Source: Utricularia gibba (Eukaryota > Plantae > Magnoliophyta). Taken from it: a DNA stretch of 64,000 nucleotides. Location of the stretch: positions 496,001 to 560,000 of the forward strand of contig NEEC01000016.1 of NCBI GenBank assembly GCA_002189035.1, written 5' to 3'. Of this stretch, positions 26,512 through 41,319 are shown in pieces. Position numbers and translations under genes: made by a program. The notes under the pieces are model-generated. The model did not search any database, was not told where the DNA came from, and was given only the letters and a program-made list of their open reading frames with translations. The first letter of the stretch is position 1; every line of letters starts with the position of its first letter.

Positions 26512-28850
26512 TAATTGACGAGTTCCATCTCTTTCAGAGAATCAAATTGCAGCTCAGGGGGAAAGAAAGAAAGACAGGGGTGGGCTTTAAAGCTTCAGCC
26601 TTCAGGGTAGAGTAGTGAAGAGGAGTGGTAAATGGTGGGGGGGTTGCTGTTCAACAGTTGAAAACAACAAGTCAAGAAGGTAAAAAAGAATTGCTGGCAG
26701 CAACAACGAACACAGTGGGCAGGGGACCCCTAAACTTGTGCACTTTGGCATCATCCATTCAAATTAGGTGTTCGGAAAGCGAACTCTGTTTTCTCTTTAT
26801 CCTCTTTCTGCTTCCAAAGACAAACAAACTCACTACTCCACATTCACCTTTTCCCCAAATCAATCATTTCGCAATCTTCCCCATCACATTAAACGGTAAA
26901 CCCCACAACCACAAGCTTTGCCTTTCCCGCAGGTCCCTTCCGATCCGACCCGCGCCGGAAAATCAAATGTCTCTGTGATTGACGTAAGAGAGAACCAGGG
27001 GTGTGTCTGTTCGGGGAGCTCCAGCCTTAGGCCGTATTGTAGAGCTGGCGGAGCGTATGGAACAAGGAGAACTTAATGACTCTGAAGGGAAGCAGCAGCG
27101 GCAGCCACCCCATGCGGAGGGTGGCAACGAGTCGGACACGGAGACGAGAGTCAGATACGAACCCCAGGGACTAGGCTCAGATTAGGGCTCCCTCTCAAAC
27201 TCTGTGCATGCGTCTAATAATCCAAATTTATTTTCAAAAATTATTTTTAAAAATATATTATTATTTTTCTTCTAATTTTTTTTTTAATTATGGTACATTT
27301 TGGAAATAAAATTGAACTTATTAAAAAATAGTTACTTTTGACCGGAGGTGGACGGGCGGTGAAAACGCGTAGACTTTTGAGGACTTGAATGCATGCAGGA
27401 TCAGAGTGCGGAGTGGGCTCGGTCTTTAGAGGTTTGACCCTGAAGGACTCTTTAATATTTGTATTTAAAATAAATAAATAAATTTTGAAAACTGAGCTGG
27501 TGGCTGAGTCATGTGTGGCAGGGGGTATTTCATAGGATCGTAGGTGGCTCTAGGGTATATATTTACAAAATAAAAATTATTATTGGGTAAATTATGAATA
27601 TTAATTTTTACTATATATATATAAAACATTAGTTGAATATAGATAAATCATATCTTATTATTTTGCTATAAAATTAGAGCATATATGATGTGTGATATTA
27701 TATATATTAAAATGGAAAAAATTTATCAATGGTCCTTACCTAAATGACAAAGTTAGTTTCTTAAGATAATATTTTTAATCTATACTATTTCAGAATTATT
27801 TAAAATTGGTCCCTAGTGTTTCAAACTCGGGCAAAAATAGTCCACATTATTTGAAAATTGAACAAAAATCATCTTTATTATTTTAAATTCAGATAAAAGT
27901 AGTCTCCATTATTTTAAATTAATAAGCAAATTGTATAAAAATAATAATAATACCAATTAATTCAAACAATGAGAATTATTTATATCAGATTGGTGAATAT
28001 TAAAATATTGAAGATCAATTTTGTCACTATATTAAAAAAGGAGAATTAATATTGCTACTGTTTTAAGACAACAGGGATAATATTAAACTAGTAAAATCAT
28101 TATTGCAATTTTTTACAGATATTGAGGATCATAAGGTCAAGCATCCTTAAATTAATTTTACAATTTTTTTGTTAAAAAACAATTGACCCATATATATACA
28201 GACCAGCCCAAATACTATCGCGGCCCAGCCCAAGAGTGTTATGTAATCAAGAAGACCACACAGATTTCCATTTAATACAAGCCGAGCAGTTGCTATTGCT
28301 ATCCACGTTACTACCCCACAAAGGTAATAAAACTGTTTTTGTAATAAGCAGTTTCTATTACAACAAACAGATGGGTTTCATATTGGTTTGAGATTGGGTT
28401 AACAAAAAACAAAAAAAAAAAACAAGAAAATACATTGAACTTAAATGAAATTAGATCGATATATGATATAAATATTATTTATGATTAAACAAAAAAATAA
28501 ATTTTAACTTAATTAAATACCAATTCGACTTCAGGTTAAATATTAAAACAAATAATCTCACATCAAGATTTGAAAATGACATAATCAATTATATAAGAAA
28601 TTATAAATTATTAGTAATTGATTGTACCTAATATTTTTTAATATGATACATGTTTATTATATATTTAGACTTCATGTATATTTATTCGATTTATTGGATC
28701 ATGAATTTCAATAGTTTCAAACATAACCTTAATGTTTTGTATATATTCATTTAGATTTACAATATGTTTTGGTCATTTAGTGAGCTGTTGTGTTATGATC
28801 TTCTTGCTTATGAGAGGTGTTGATCGTACTGTACAAACAGACAAGAATCC

Positions 28851-29910
28851 ATGATGTGGCGTATGTTAGTAGCATTGAAAGAGTGAGTTCTCTTCTATCC
28901 CATCCCATTTCTTGTAAGTCTTCTTTTGTGTTTCTTGTACACTTTGACCTGGGAATATATTCCTTCAGCAAAGTTGAAGTCTTTCCATGAAATATGAATC
29001 TCCCCTTCAGTTCCATTTCTTATAAGTGTTTTCCGCAGAAGGGGATGTCCCCAATGCTGCAATCCCGTCAGGGATGGCTCTGTCAAGGAAGGTGGAGCAG
29101 TGCAGGATATGCCATGATGAAGACGAAGAGTTCAACATGGAAGCTCCTTGCTCTTGCAGAGGAACCCTAATGGTGGGCTGCTTACTGCTTACTGATATGC
29201 ATCATCAGGCTGTTTCTTGATTCATCATGTAGGATGTCTCTATCTCTGCAGTTTGCTCACAGGCTGTGCGTTCAGAGATGGTGTGACCAAAAGGGTAACA
29301 CCATTTGCGAGATCTGCCTTCAGGTAAAACCTGTTCTCTGCAAACCCCATTCTGCAGAAATGATGGGATTTAGATGAGGTTGCTGTGGGAGTGCAGGCGT
29401 TTGAGCCGGGATACGTAGCATCACCTCATCAGGGTGGGAGCGATTTCCACTTCTTCATCCCCATGAATCCTTCTGATGAAGAATTTGTGAATGAAAACTT
29501 CTTTGATGATCACGCGATGCGCTACTCGAGCTGCGGGTGCTGCTGCCGCACGCTCGCCATGATCGTAATCTTTTCTGCTCTCAGTCTGCACAGAACAACA
29601 CCCATGAATGAACGTCTTCTTAAGGCTTCTGTTTTAGTTTCAGTTTATTCTTCTGGTTTCGCTACGACACACTCTGCCGTTCGTCGCCGGCGAATACAGC
29701 GCGTCCGTCGCCATGGTCAGCTACTCTTGCTGTTCCTTCATAGCTGTCTGTATACTGATGATTCAGCTTCTCATTCAGCTGCTGGCATTGCGTGCGTCGG
29801 GGGTTCTTCTACCGGTGTTCCTCATCCTGAAAGCGTTTTCTCGAGTAAAGAGAAGGCTAAGCCCACAGGTACGCCCATTTCTTTAACAGGATACCTTGTT
29901 GAATATTTGA
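28851..29910 (+). CDS. Second RING-CH (RINGv) transmembrane protein, multi-exon; start exon uncertain (ATG 28851 or 29074)
   Basis: QCRICHDEDEEFNMEAPCSCRGTLM|FAHRLCVQRWCDQKGNTICEICLQ|AFEPGY...CCRTLAMI|FILLVSLRHTLP...LLALRASGVLLPVFLILKA; putative final exon DTLLNI*. Confidence 0.82.
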
Positions 29911-30365
29911 ACAGAGTGGCTAGTTCCGGCAGGATAACCGTTTGCCATAATGGATAGACGGCGGCGCGTGCGGTGCAGAAACTATTACAGTCACAAATAT
30001 TTGCTCTTGCAAAGGGGTGGTTGCAAGAAAGTTTCTATTTTTTATGTATCTGCTCATTGTATTTGTTGAATCCGTTCTGCTATACTGCTTAAAACAACGA
30101 AAAGTCATTTCCTTATTCATTGGTCTCAATTCTTTTAACCCATAAATCAATAATCTACTACAAATTTGCTCATCCTCAGACATTTATAGTTCAAATAGGG
30201 GAAAAAGGGAGATTTTGGAGGTGTTGTAACCGTACTTGCTGCTGCTGTTGCTGCGAGCAGGAAAAAGGGAAGAAAGTTCCAGTAAAACAGGTGTGCCTGT
30301 GTTTAAAAATGTCACATTCTAGCTAAAAGTTGAAATGATGCGATATGAAAAGGAAGAAAGGAACC

Positions 30366-33300
30366 TTAGGCAGCTTGGAGCAAGCCATTGTGTCTCAGCA
30401 GGGCGTCTGGGGATGGTTCCCTGCCTCGAAACTGCACAAAGACCTGAGAAAACCAGAACACGCTTGCTTTTCTATCAGCTCTTCCCATCTAAAAAACAAG
30501 AGGTAATGGTGAAAATCCTGACCTCCAGAGGTGCTTTTCCACCCCAAGTGCAAGGATGGTATCCCGGAATCGTTGCCCTGTCTCCTTCACCGCCTGTCAA
30601 GGAGAAAGAATGGTGATTTTGTATGGAATTGGAGGGTGGGCCTGGATAGAGATAGCAGATAGGCGTCTGAATACCTTGTCATCGTTCAGGCCGGCATCTT
30701 CGAATGCTGAGAAGGCATCCGCAGACAAGACCTCAGCCCACTGCAAGTGGAATATTATAACGTGAATACGCTTCAAATAAGGAATGACACAGGGATTGAA
30801 GTGATGTGATCCTCACCTTGTAGCTGTAGTATCCAGCTGCATATCCACCAGCAAAAATATGGCTAAAGCCACAAAGGAACTTATCCTCCGGTAGTGGAGG
30901 CAATACCTGTGTTTTCTGACTAACCCTTTTATCAACATCAAAGATTGATTCAGGCCCACCGGGTACGTACTTGGTGTGGAGCTCTAGATCAAGTGTTGCA
31001 AACCTAAGCTGTAATGAACATGAAAAATTTGAGGGTGTAAAACAAAACCAGGGCACTGGGGCTTCTAATTTTTAGAAACCTGTCGAAGACTTTGGGTGCC
31101 TGCACGGTAGGTCCTAGCAGCAAGGAGCTTCTCATATATGTCATCTGGGATACTTTCGCCAGTTTCGTAGTGCTTGCCAATGCTCAGCAATGTATCTCTG
31201 GGACGAGTCACAGGTAAGTTTCAAGAACAACGCATTTCTAGACTATGCAGAATGACTAGTGTGTAAAGAAAAAAACAAGATGAACGTTTTCATGCTTTAA
31301 AGGTAATTCTCCAAGTGGGAATCATGGCAGACCTATGGTAGCACCAATTCTCCATAAATTGGGAGGGTAGTTCCACAGCATCCCATTCAACATTCCTTAT
31401 GCCAGCAACAAAACCGTCATCCTGCTTTGTAAGCATATGCTGAAGAGCATGGCCGAACTCATGGAAGACAGTTTCAACCTGTAGGCACATCAATCATCCA
31501 TCTTCAAAATCACAATACACAAACAGAATCATCTGGTGTTAAAAGAGTCTCCTTTTTCCAAAAGTTCTGTACAATTCGATTCAGATGAATGCTTGGCAAC
31601 GCCTAGATTGTTATTAATTAAAACTTATGCCCACCTCACGAAATGTCATCAGGCTTGGTTTGTCACCCACTGGCGGCATTTGGTTGCAAACCATATGGGC
31701 AACAGGCAACCTAACAGGGGAGCCATCATGAGATAAGACACAACTTCGTCCAACAACTTCATCCATCCAAGCTCCTCCTCGTTTTTCTGATGGACGAGAA
31801 TATGGGTCAAAATAGAAGAATGCAACTGGGCTACCCGAAGAATCATTCACTTGGTAAAACCGGACATCATTGTTCCAAACCTGGAAATATCAGGGGTCAA
31901 TAAAAAAAACACAGACCATTCTTGCAAAAAACCATGACTTACAGAAACAAATAAAAAGAAAAAAAAAAAGGAGAGAAGGCAGATCCGTTACAGGCGGGAT
32001 GACTTACTGGTGCTAAACCATCAACTTGTTCAATATTGACACTGAACAATTTATTCGCAAGAGCAAATAGACCGCTCATCACTCTGGGCAATGAAAAGAA
32101 AGGTCTCAAATCTTCCTGGTGAAAAAGAAGAAAACACCAATTAGAATAACTAATGCACGCACTCCGTATTTAACAAATGGCCTAAAATTGTATTCAAACA
32201 CAACCAGAAAAGACCATGAAAAATGATGCCCTGATATTCAAAAGCTCTGATATTTTTAAAGGTCAAAATATTTAAAAACGTAAGAAGATCACCTCATTTA
32301 TTTCATACTTAGATTCACGAAGCCTCTCACTCCAGAAGCTAATGTCCCAATGATTTAAATTTTCAGCTTCCGGAGCACCCTGATTTTTTGCGAAAATTTT
32401 AAGCTCCTCCATATCTGACATTCAAATATTGATGGTTGGACCATGACATCCAAAATAACCACCGAGCAGAAGCATTAGCAACACCAAAGTTGGAAATGAG
32501 ATATAATATCGATATGTGCATACACAGTAACATAGATATCTGAATTAACCACCAAATAATTTGCAGAACATGGAGTGTGATCATTCTTAGTACCTTGAAT
32601 TGCAGGATCCCAAGATGCAACACGAAGCTTCTCAAGGAGCTCAGCAGCCTTTTCGACAGTAGCCATTTTGGTCGCCATGCTTACCTGATGATGTTGTCTT
32701 GTTACACATGCACATAAAGATTACATACGAATATATATTCCAACCTCGGCATAGTTTTTGTACCCAAGAAGCTTTGCCTTCTCCAGCCTAAGCTTCAAAA
32801 TTTGGTCAATTATTTCAGTATTGTCCAGAGTTCCTTCAGAGGCACGGGTTAAATAGGCACGATACACTTCCTCTCGTAAATCTCGGTTTTTTGCATGCTG
32901 CATTACAGCCATATAGCTTGGAGCGTCCAATGTTATTACCCATGGCCCATGTTCAGCAGTTGCATTTTCGTGACCCTGTTGAATAAAATTGGACAGTTGA
33001 GAAAAAAATGTCACGATTCACAAGCTCCCATGCTCAAACTGGATGAAGTCAGCAGAACAACAGAACTACCTTCGAAACTGCTGTTTGAGCAGCCAAACCA
33101 AGGGCAGTACTAGGAAGACCATCAATGTCTTTTTTGTCTGTTATTAATTTTTCAAATTTCTTCGTGGAATCAAGAACATTCTCACCAAACTTTTGTGATA
33201 GTTTTGCCAATTCCTACATCCACAAGAGACAAAATGTTGAATAACCAACACGGAAAAAGTTCAAATATATTCATCACTATACATCCCATAAATCCAAATA

Positions 33301-34283
33301 CTCGGTTAATGCTTACCTGTTCAATCCTGTTGAATTCTTCCCTTTTATCATCTTCAAGAGCAATGCCGCTCAGAACAGCATCCTTTATTTGCGCTGCAAA
33401 GGGATCGATATCAGCAAACAAAAAAGTAGAAAGCCCCATAGCACAGTTTCTGCAGTCTTTACCTTCAACTATCCTTTTGCGAGCATCACTCATGAGCTCC
33501 CAATCAGGCGATTCCCTGATGGCCTTAAAGGCGTTGTAAATAGGCTTACTCTGGCCCAACCTTAGCTCAAAAGCCACTTTTTCTGGCTACCGAACAAAAA
33601 TAGCACATCAAAGAGTCAGCCCTAAAACATGAACCACGAAAGCAAAATCAAACACACCTGAACTTCTTCAATAGCGGCTCGAAGCTCTTCATTATCCTTC
33701 ACAGCCTTGAGATGCGAAATCGCACCCCATACCACCTGCAGCCTATCAACTATCTTCTCCAGAGGCTCCACCAGATTCGTCCACGATGGCTCAACAGTTC
33801 TCTCCAGTACCTCAAGATCCGATTCCTGATCAAACCCATCAACAAAACACAGTTTTTCAAAACCCAGTTTCACAAATAATCACAAACGCACCTAAAACGC
33901 AGCTCTTAAAAACATACCAATTTCTTAAGCAAATCACGGATTCCGGACCGGACATGCTTGGCATCTATTACATCATACGGGGGAAAGTAAAAAGTTTTAA
34001 GCAAAGGATTACTCTCAACATCCGCCATATCCGTGGACGCAACTGAACAGAACCCCACTAGCTTATTACTCCTACCGGCAGATCCGAGAGGATAGGAAGA
34101 AGGCGTGCAAATGCGGCGGGGAGAGAAACGAGAAGACGAGATGGGACACTTGGGAAGCGAGTGGTGGGAAAACAGAAAACGGGTTTTGGAGAGCGTAGAC
34201 GTCACAGGGCAAATAGCTTGCAAATGAACCGAGCGACACAGCGCAAAGGGTGCCGCCATGAAAACAAAAAATAGCAACCGCAT
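30366..34283 (-). CDS. OOP: Organellar oligopeptidase A (peptidase M3), multi-exon
   Basis: Targeting peptide, [59 protein letters not shown] zinc motif (~31449-31463), [30 protein letters not shown]. Confidence 0.94.
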
Positions 34284-34939
34284 GCCTAAAAATATTGGGC
34301 TTGGGACACTCCACAGGAGACGTGTAGGATTCCATTTCACGATTTAGGGATTTAGATTCTGGATTGATGATGGATGGCCTGGATATGCATTGGGCCCACC
34401 ACCAGTACCGGTTCAACCGGCCAAACGAAATGTCACTAAGAATATATTTATCAATATCAAAAAATGGTGACGTTATATTTCCAGAAATTGAGTTATTAGG
34501 TTTATTTTATTAAATTGTCTTTACGTTTGTATCAATTTCCAAAAATTATAATATTAAAATAAATGGTATAAATTATATTTTAAATTATTTCCAGAAAGAA
34601 ACCATATTTCCTCATTTCCATTTTTATAAGAAATGAAAAACAATTGTAATGGTTTTCAAAAACATTTTCCCATTTACGGAAATGCGGAAACGAGTAAATA
34701 TGCTGTAATGGTACAATCCAAGATCCGAGTTTGATTACCGGTTCAAGGGGACTTGAATGCCGGTAATGAAAAGAGTAGGAAGCTGACAGTTTTTTACCCA
34801 TCTTTCTCTGTGTCTTTACTTGGAACAAACAAGGAACTTGTAATGCTTTAAGGTTCATTGAGGCTGGAGAAGATGAGAAGTTGACATTTATGCAAAAGTA
34901 CAACACTGGGTAGAGCAGCTTCTCAGGGGAGAAGCAGGC

Positions 34940-37660
34940 TCAGACTCTGTACTTCATGGTTTCCTTCTCGAAGCCAATTGTGGGGAACTGTTTAGCATAC
35001 TCTTCCACATTGTGGCGAAGTTGTTGGATTTCGGATTGGAAAGAAGGGGTGGACTGCATCGTGCTTATGAAGTCCTTCAACTTTGTTCCTGGACAAGGCA
35101 AAGGTAGCAGTGAGGGAATGAGCATTGCTTCGAGGCAATGCAGTCTGTTTTGATTTGAGTGAGCAAGGTGCTACCTTTGGTTTCGTTCTTTATCTTGATG
35201 GCTATGTTAACCGCAGCATCGAAGAACTCGGCAACCTTGACGAAATCTTCTTCCAGGAAGCCTCTGGAGGTAAGAGCAGGAGTACCTGTGAAAGACGATG
35301 GGCTCAGGTGCCATTTTGTTCTACTATTTTCGCACTTGGTACTGAGGAGTAGTAGCTCATACCCATTCTGATGCCGCCGGGAACCATGGCGGAAACGTCT
35401 CCAGGAACGGTGTTCTTGTTGGCCGCAATGTGCACTGACTCCAGCACCTTTTCCACCTTGGAACCATCGATACCCTATGCACCAAAGCTCGGTTTCGACA
35501 TTCTTTCTGTTTGAATGTTTTCAATGCAACTGAAATCAAAGATATTACCTTGGTTTTCAAGTTGACCAGAACCAAGTGATTGTCTGTTCCACCAGAGACA
35601 AGCTCATATCCCAGCCCCTTCAGAGCCTGCAGCCATATACTTGTAACATTCATTACAAGATATCCTAACTTAAAGATGGAAGTTCCTTGCAGACCAACCA
35701 ATACCTGCGCGAACTTTGAGCAGTTGCTCAGCACTTGTTCTTGGTAAGCTTTGTATTCTGGAGTCATTGCCTGCACTCACAAAACGGGAAGCATGAAGAA
35801 GGATCAGTGCAAAACTATAACTTAGCATCCTCAGAAGATTGTGTTCCAGAAGAAAATACTTGTTTCAGTGCAACAGCCAATCCGGTAATGGTGTGATTGT
35901 GTGGACCACCTTGGAGGCCAGGGAAAACAGCTTGGTTGATTTTATCTTCGAAGTCATAAAAAACCTGCATAGAAGATGGGCATGGTGGCTTAAAATAAAT
36001 CAATATTCAGAGTAGGTGTTTGAGATGCAGTGCTACCTCTTGGCCCTGCTTATTTATCTCCTTCACACCCTTCCTGAAGAAGATCATGGCGCCCCGAGGC
36101 CCCCGAAGCGACTTGTGGGTAGTGGTAGTCACCACATCTGCATAATCAAATGGTGATGGAATGACCCCAGCTGCAACTAGTCCACTAATATGAGCCATAT
36201 CTGCTAACAAAATTGCTTTCTGCTTGTTGCAGATCTGAAAAAAAGAAGGAATGCAATGTGTGTAAGCACAGGGTTCTGAATTTGAGAAATTGTGTGTCTG
36301 AATTCACCTTCCTGATGCGATCATAATCATAGAGACGTGCATATGCACTTGCACCGGCGACAATTAGTTTCGGCCTGTAGAGAACAGCATTCTTTTCCAG
36401 CTGGGAATGCAAACATATTTGTGAGGGAAGAGCATTGTAGGATGAGAGAAGCTTGAAATGGTACACATTTGCATTGAAATACCTGATCATAGTCTATGTA
36501 GCCAGTGCTTTCATTCAATCTGTATGGCATAGTCTCAAAAAATATAGACACCGCAGATATTTTCTTTGTGTCAGTCTGCACAGATTGAAGAGATCAGTGT
36601 TGCTGAAACGAGGGTGACAATAGAATCTACATGGGAATGATGATCTGACACACTGATTACCTGGTAACCATGAGATAGATGGCCTCCATGAGGAAGATCA
36701 AGAGCCATGATTCTGTCATGGGGTTTCAGTAAAGCTGTGTAAACTTGGAAGTTGGCTGGAGATCCAGATAGAGGCTGTACATTCACTGCAGCAGGAGCAA
36801 AAAAAGGGCATATGGGAACAGGAATAGCTAAAGAGAAGGATCAAAGAAGAAGCATATGGGGAAGATATCACAAGCATCAGGCAATGAGATGGTGCCATGG
36901 TAACAGGAATTGAGATGTTCAGCATCATTACCTCCCCATTTTGCAGGGTCTAACCGGAAGGCTTCTAAGGCGCGTTTTTGGCATAAGGTTTCGGCCATGT
37001 CAATGTACCTAATCCCAGATCATGGTTCAGAGGATAAACATACTGAGAGTTTTCAAGAATCCAGTACTCTGCTTACTCATTTCCTCCATAGTATCTGGCA
37101 CCCGGATATCCTTCACTGTACTTATTAGTCATCACTGAACCAACAGCTTGCATCACAGATACAGAGGTAAAATTCTCAGATGGAATGAGCTCAAGTCCCT
37201 GTGCCAAAACAAAATAAAAACGCCATGCGATGCTTTACTGCAAAGCAACTGTGTGAAAAATCAAGTAACCATCACTGACCTTCCATTGCCGAGCTTTCTC
37301 CAGCTCAATTATGTCGGCAATCTCAGGATCAACTGTCTCCAATGGAGCATTCAGCTGCTTTGGCCACTACAATTTCACCAACAAATAATGAATTTTTAAC
37401 GATCTACACCCAGTATTATTACTCCCACTCAAACATACCGAGACCCCATTCTTCTCCTTTTCGTACACAGCTTCACTGGATACGGATGACTGCACAAAAA
37501 CGCCAACATTCGTCCCGTGAGCTTGGACAGGAAATCAAGAAAAAAGAAAAGGAAAAGAGGGTAAAAATGAAGATACCATCCAATAGGGAGAACCCCCGCC
37601 GCGCTTGATGGGCTTGCCAACGGAGAGGGAAAGCCTCCGTAGAGCCATAGCCAGCGCCAT
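34940..37660 (-). CDS. SHM1: Mitochondrial serine hydroxymethyltransferase, multi-exon
   Basis: [11 protein letters not shown] presequence, [39 protein letters not shown] (PLP lysine), [27 protein letters not shown]-terminus. Confidence 0.95.
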
Positions 37661-37843
37661 TTTTCTTCCTTTCTGCTTCTATCCAAGATTCATGGACATA
37701 CTATAGGGGAACAAAGCGCCAGTCTTTTAGCATCACTAGTTTTGGGTAAGATCACATTTTGGGTGGATATGGAAAATTCCCCAATATTTCTGGACGACTT
37801 CCCAGCACTAAAATTGTCCACAAACACTCAAAATTATTTTTTT

Positions 37844-38590
37844 CTAACCAAAAGGTGAGAATGCTATCTGTAAACACACTCTTATGACAGTACTCGGTGG
37901 TTGTCGGTACAAGAAGATGTCTGTGAAATTTGAAGATGTAACCGTTCCGAAAGCAATGTCCAGGTAACAACTAGATATGTCAACAGAAAAGCGAGCAGCT
38001 TGGGTGCTGAGATTTTCAATTAAAAAACACCATAAAGAACCCATCTGTAACAACCCAATCGATTCATGTGATGAGGCTTGCTTCGATTTATTTGGATCTT
38101 CCATGGAATCCGAAGACAACAAATCTCCGAGGTAATCACATGAAGGTGTAAATACATTTGAGTGGAACCAGCGGGGAATGCTCCATTCCAAAACCAACCT
38201 ATATTTGAAGTGACCCCCAATATAAGAACTTCTGATTATGGGAGATGGAAATCACAGGGGATGTCCCAGAGCAATGAGAGCCTCGCTTTTGCTTCTTGGG
38301 CCAACATGTTTACTGCTCCAGGATTTCCATTCGGTGCCAAAACCGATTCCTGCTTTGTTGTTATCTGTTCTTTGGCGATGCATTCTGATACGTTTCCTGC
38401 TACCGGATTTCCTTCGGTTTCTTGAATCGGAGATAGAATTTCTCAAAAACCAACCCATCCAAAGCACAAGATGCGAGCGGGTAATCGCGACCATAAAGCC
38501 ATAGGCAGTGTAAACCCGCCCTTCGTCGGAGTCGGCGGTGGAAAGAGAAGCAACCGGTGGAACTGGCATAGGAAGGCTTTCGCCAATCAT
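37844..38590 (-). other. Unassigned coding-like frame (~250 codons, one internal stop at 38254-38252); possible pseudogene or orphan
   Basis: ORFs 38252-38593 and 37844-38197 are the same frame, separated by a single TGA; no family recognised. Confidence 0.3.
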
Positions 38591-40533
38591 CACTGAACAC
38601 GTGGTAGCAGACAGCTGGAGATGCCAAGGAATTCTTGTTTTTTTCTATTTATAGGAACATATAATTAAAGGTTCTTACTTTAATCAGTATAGTCCAAAAA
38701 TGTTATTATTACACTCAAGTATAGGAACATATTCATGGATTACTAATTAGGGTAATTCGGATACCTAATCATCTAAAATATTAGACATACCAATTCCATT
38801 TTCGATACTGAAATATTAGGTTCATGCAAATATTGTTGGGAAATAATCGAAGATAATAACTCTTTTCGATAAATTTGAAATACGAAAAACATCATTTTAT
38901 AGAATATATTATTTAATTAAATAAATATATAAATACACAATCTATTAAATCAAAAAATTAAGGAAACAAAAGCAAAGATTAAAGCACTGGTTACCTATAG
39001 AAATTGGGATTTAAACAGTTGGTATATTAGATAAAAAAATGATCACATGAACACTGACTTTTACCTTATCAAATATTTCATAAAAAATTTATAAATTAAT
39101 ATATATTTGAATAGATTTTGGTATTCGATATTTATCCAAATTTCAAAGTATAATATCGAACCGTTATAAATTTAAATACTAGAATACTTTAATAATATAA
39201 ATTAGATATGAGAACTATTTTGTTTACATAATTTTATGATGTTATTCAGTTTAATTTTTAAACATTTTAATCTTTAAATTTTATATAAGAAAATCAAAAT
39301 TTTAGATTCTGTTATTAATTTTATAAATTATTGAATTTATGAATAATAGATTAATTAGAAAAAATATAATATTTAATTTTAAAAATATATTTATATAATA
39401 AATGAAAGTATACAATAATTTAGTATATTACAATTTATAATATAATTTATTTTAATAAATATTGTAATATAAATTTGTGAAAATTGTAAAAATAAATCAA
39501 TATAAAGAATTCAAATACCAAGTTTTATAATTACAAAAAAAACATACTAAGTTGTTAAAACTGTTCAAGAAATGTTCAAACGGTTTTTTCAAACTTTTAG
39601 ACTATGAATCGATTCTTAACATCGTGAATCAATTATGGTTTCACATTCAATAAAATTTTATAATAATACTTTTTGAATTCGTATATGAAGTTCGAAGAAT
39701 CAAAATTCCTTATTAGAGTTATATCATAATTTTTGGAGTTCTACAAGGATAAGATTATATAGGAAAAAGTATAGAAGTTGTAGATAATATTTACAACGAT
39801 ATACTATTAAAATGATATTAAGAATCAAAATATATTAGTTTTAATAACATGAGAGATTAAATATGTAATTTCATAAATTAAGGAGCAAAATGTTCACAAA
39901 AAATGTAAATTGAAAAACTTATGATGCAATTTTGAAACTTATTATTAGACTTTTTCATACTATTGTAATTTGGAGTGTTACCCTCAAACTCAACCCATAT
40001 AAATTTATATAATTTTATAATTATAAAACTAATTATATTAATATAATTTTAAAATTAATTAGAAATACTCATTTAAAATATAACACACCCATGGTATTGG
40101 AGTTACCCTCCTCATTACCAGCTATTTTTTTTGTAAACATTGGATGCATCAGTTTGAAAACAACACAAGGATGCAAATGAGATGATTCAGGTTTGAATCA
40201 GATTGATCCTTCCCAAATTCCATTTGGATTCGTGTAGTTGTCTTCAGCTCGGTATACGAATTTGCGTACAGCCCCCGGCGATGCCACACGCGTATCGTTC
40301 ATGTCCCTGTCGGAGAATGCCTCCCCCAGCTCCGTCAAGGTCCCCCACCGGAACAAAGCATGGACTGCAAAAGTGCACGTATGCTCCAAAACAAATGCAG
40401 TTGGGAATATTAATTGCTCGCTACGATTTCGATGACAAGTTGCGCAAATTCGAAAGGGAAAGCATTAAAAACCCATACAGTTCCCACTGGTTTTTATACT
40501 CCCTCGCCGGACAGGCCATTCTCGTTCGGGCAA

Positions 40534-41319
40534 ATGGCGCAGGAGGTACGAGGATTGAGGAAAGGGGCGTGGACGAGGGAAGAGGACGCCCTCTTGAGGA
40601 AATGTATACAGATGTACGGGGAAGGGAAGTGGCACCTGGTTCCTCATAGAGCTGGTATTCATGGCTTCCTGCTTTGGGCATACTTTGTCCTGTTCCTGTT
40701 TCGTGTCTGAGACACAAGTTTTTACAGGGTTGAGTCGGTGCAGGAAAAGCTGCAGGCTGAGATGGCTGAATTACCTCCGCCCGGACATAAACCGGAGCTG
40801 CTTCACTGAGGATGAAGTCGACCTTCTCCTCCGCCTCCACAAGCTTCTTGGCAACAGGTCAGTGTCTAAATCTGGTGTGGTTCAGTAACAGTTCAATGCT
40901 GGAATAACCGTTTCTAAACGATCAGATGGTCGCTGATCGCCGGTAGACTGCCGGGGAGGACGGCGAACGACGTGAAGAACTTCTGGAACTCACACGTGCA
41001 GAAGAAAATGTCGACGGGAGGCGTCTTCAAAATGTCCGCCGCTAGGAAACAGAAACCTATTGTGATAAGACCTCGCCCTCTCCGGTTGTCCCGTAGAGAG
41101 GAGCCTCCTAAAGAAAACCCGACGGAAAAGGAAGCGAAGATCCTGGCGACGCCCCCGAGGGAAGAAGAGGATCCCGAGTGTTTCAATTGGTGGAGCAAGT
41201 TGCTGGAAATGGCGGAGAACGGAGACGGGGACCAGCTTCACGGCTACACAGAAACTCCGGCGGACATGTCGACGGAGATGGATCTCGGGTTCTTTTCCTC
41301 CATGTTTGAAGACATTTGA
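40534..41319 (+). CDS. R2R3-MYB, subgroup 6 (anthocyanin activator type), copy 1; exons 40534-40654, 40728-40857, 40926-41319
   Basis: KGAWTREED...[13 protein letters not shown]|[18 protein letters not shown], bHLH-binding [24 protein letters not shown] motif, KPIVIRPRP and WWSKLL; canonical 130-nt exon 2. Confidence 0.92.

Noticed and set aside
26980-27200. 60-aa ORF and CTGAAGGGAAGC/GGGCTCCCTCTC words reminiscent of miR159/319
   Set aside because: No full mature miRNA match and no convincing hairpin; likely EPFL1 upstream sequence.
27714-28150. Possible Mutator-like MITE (repeated ggtcc/tagtc...tttYaaa words)
   Set aside because: Could not define matching TIRs or a TSD by eye.
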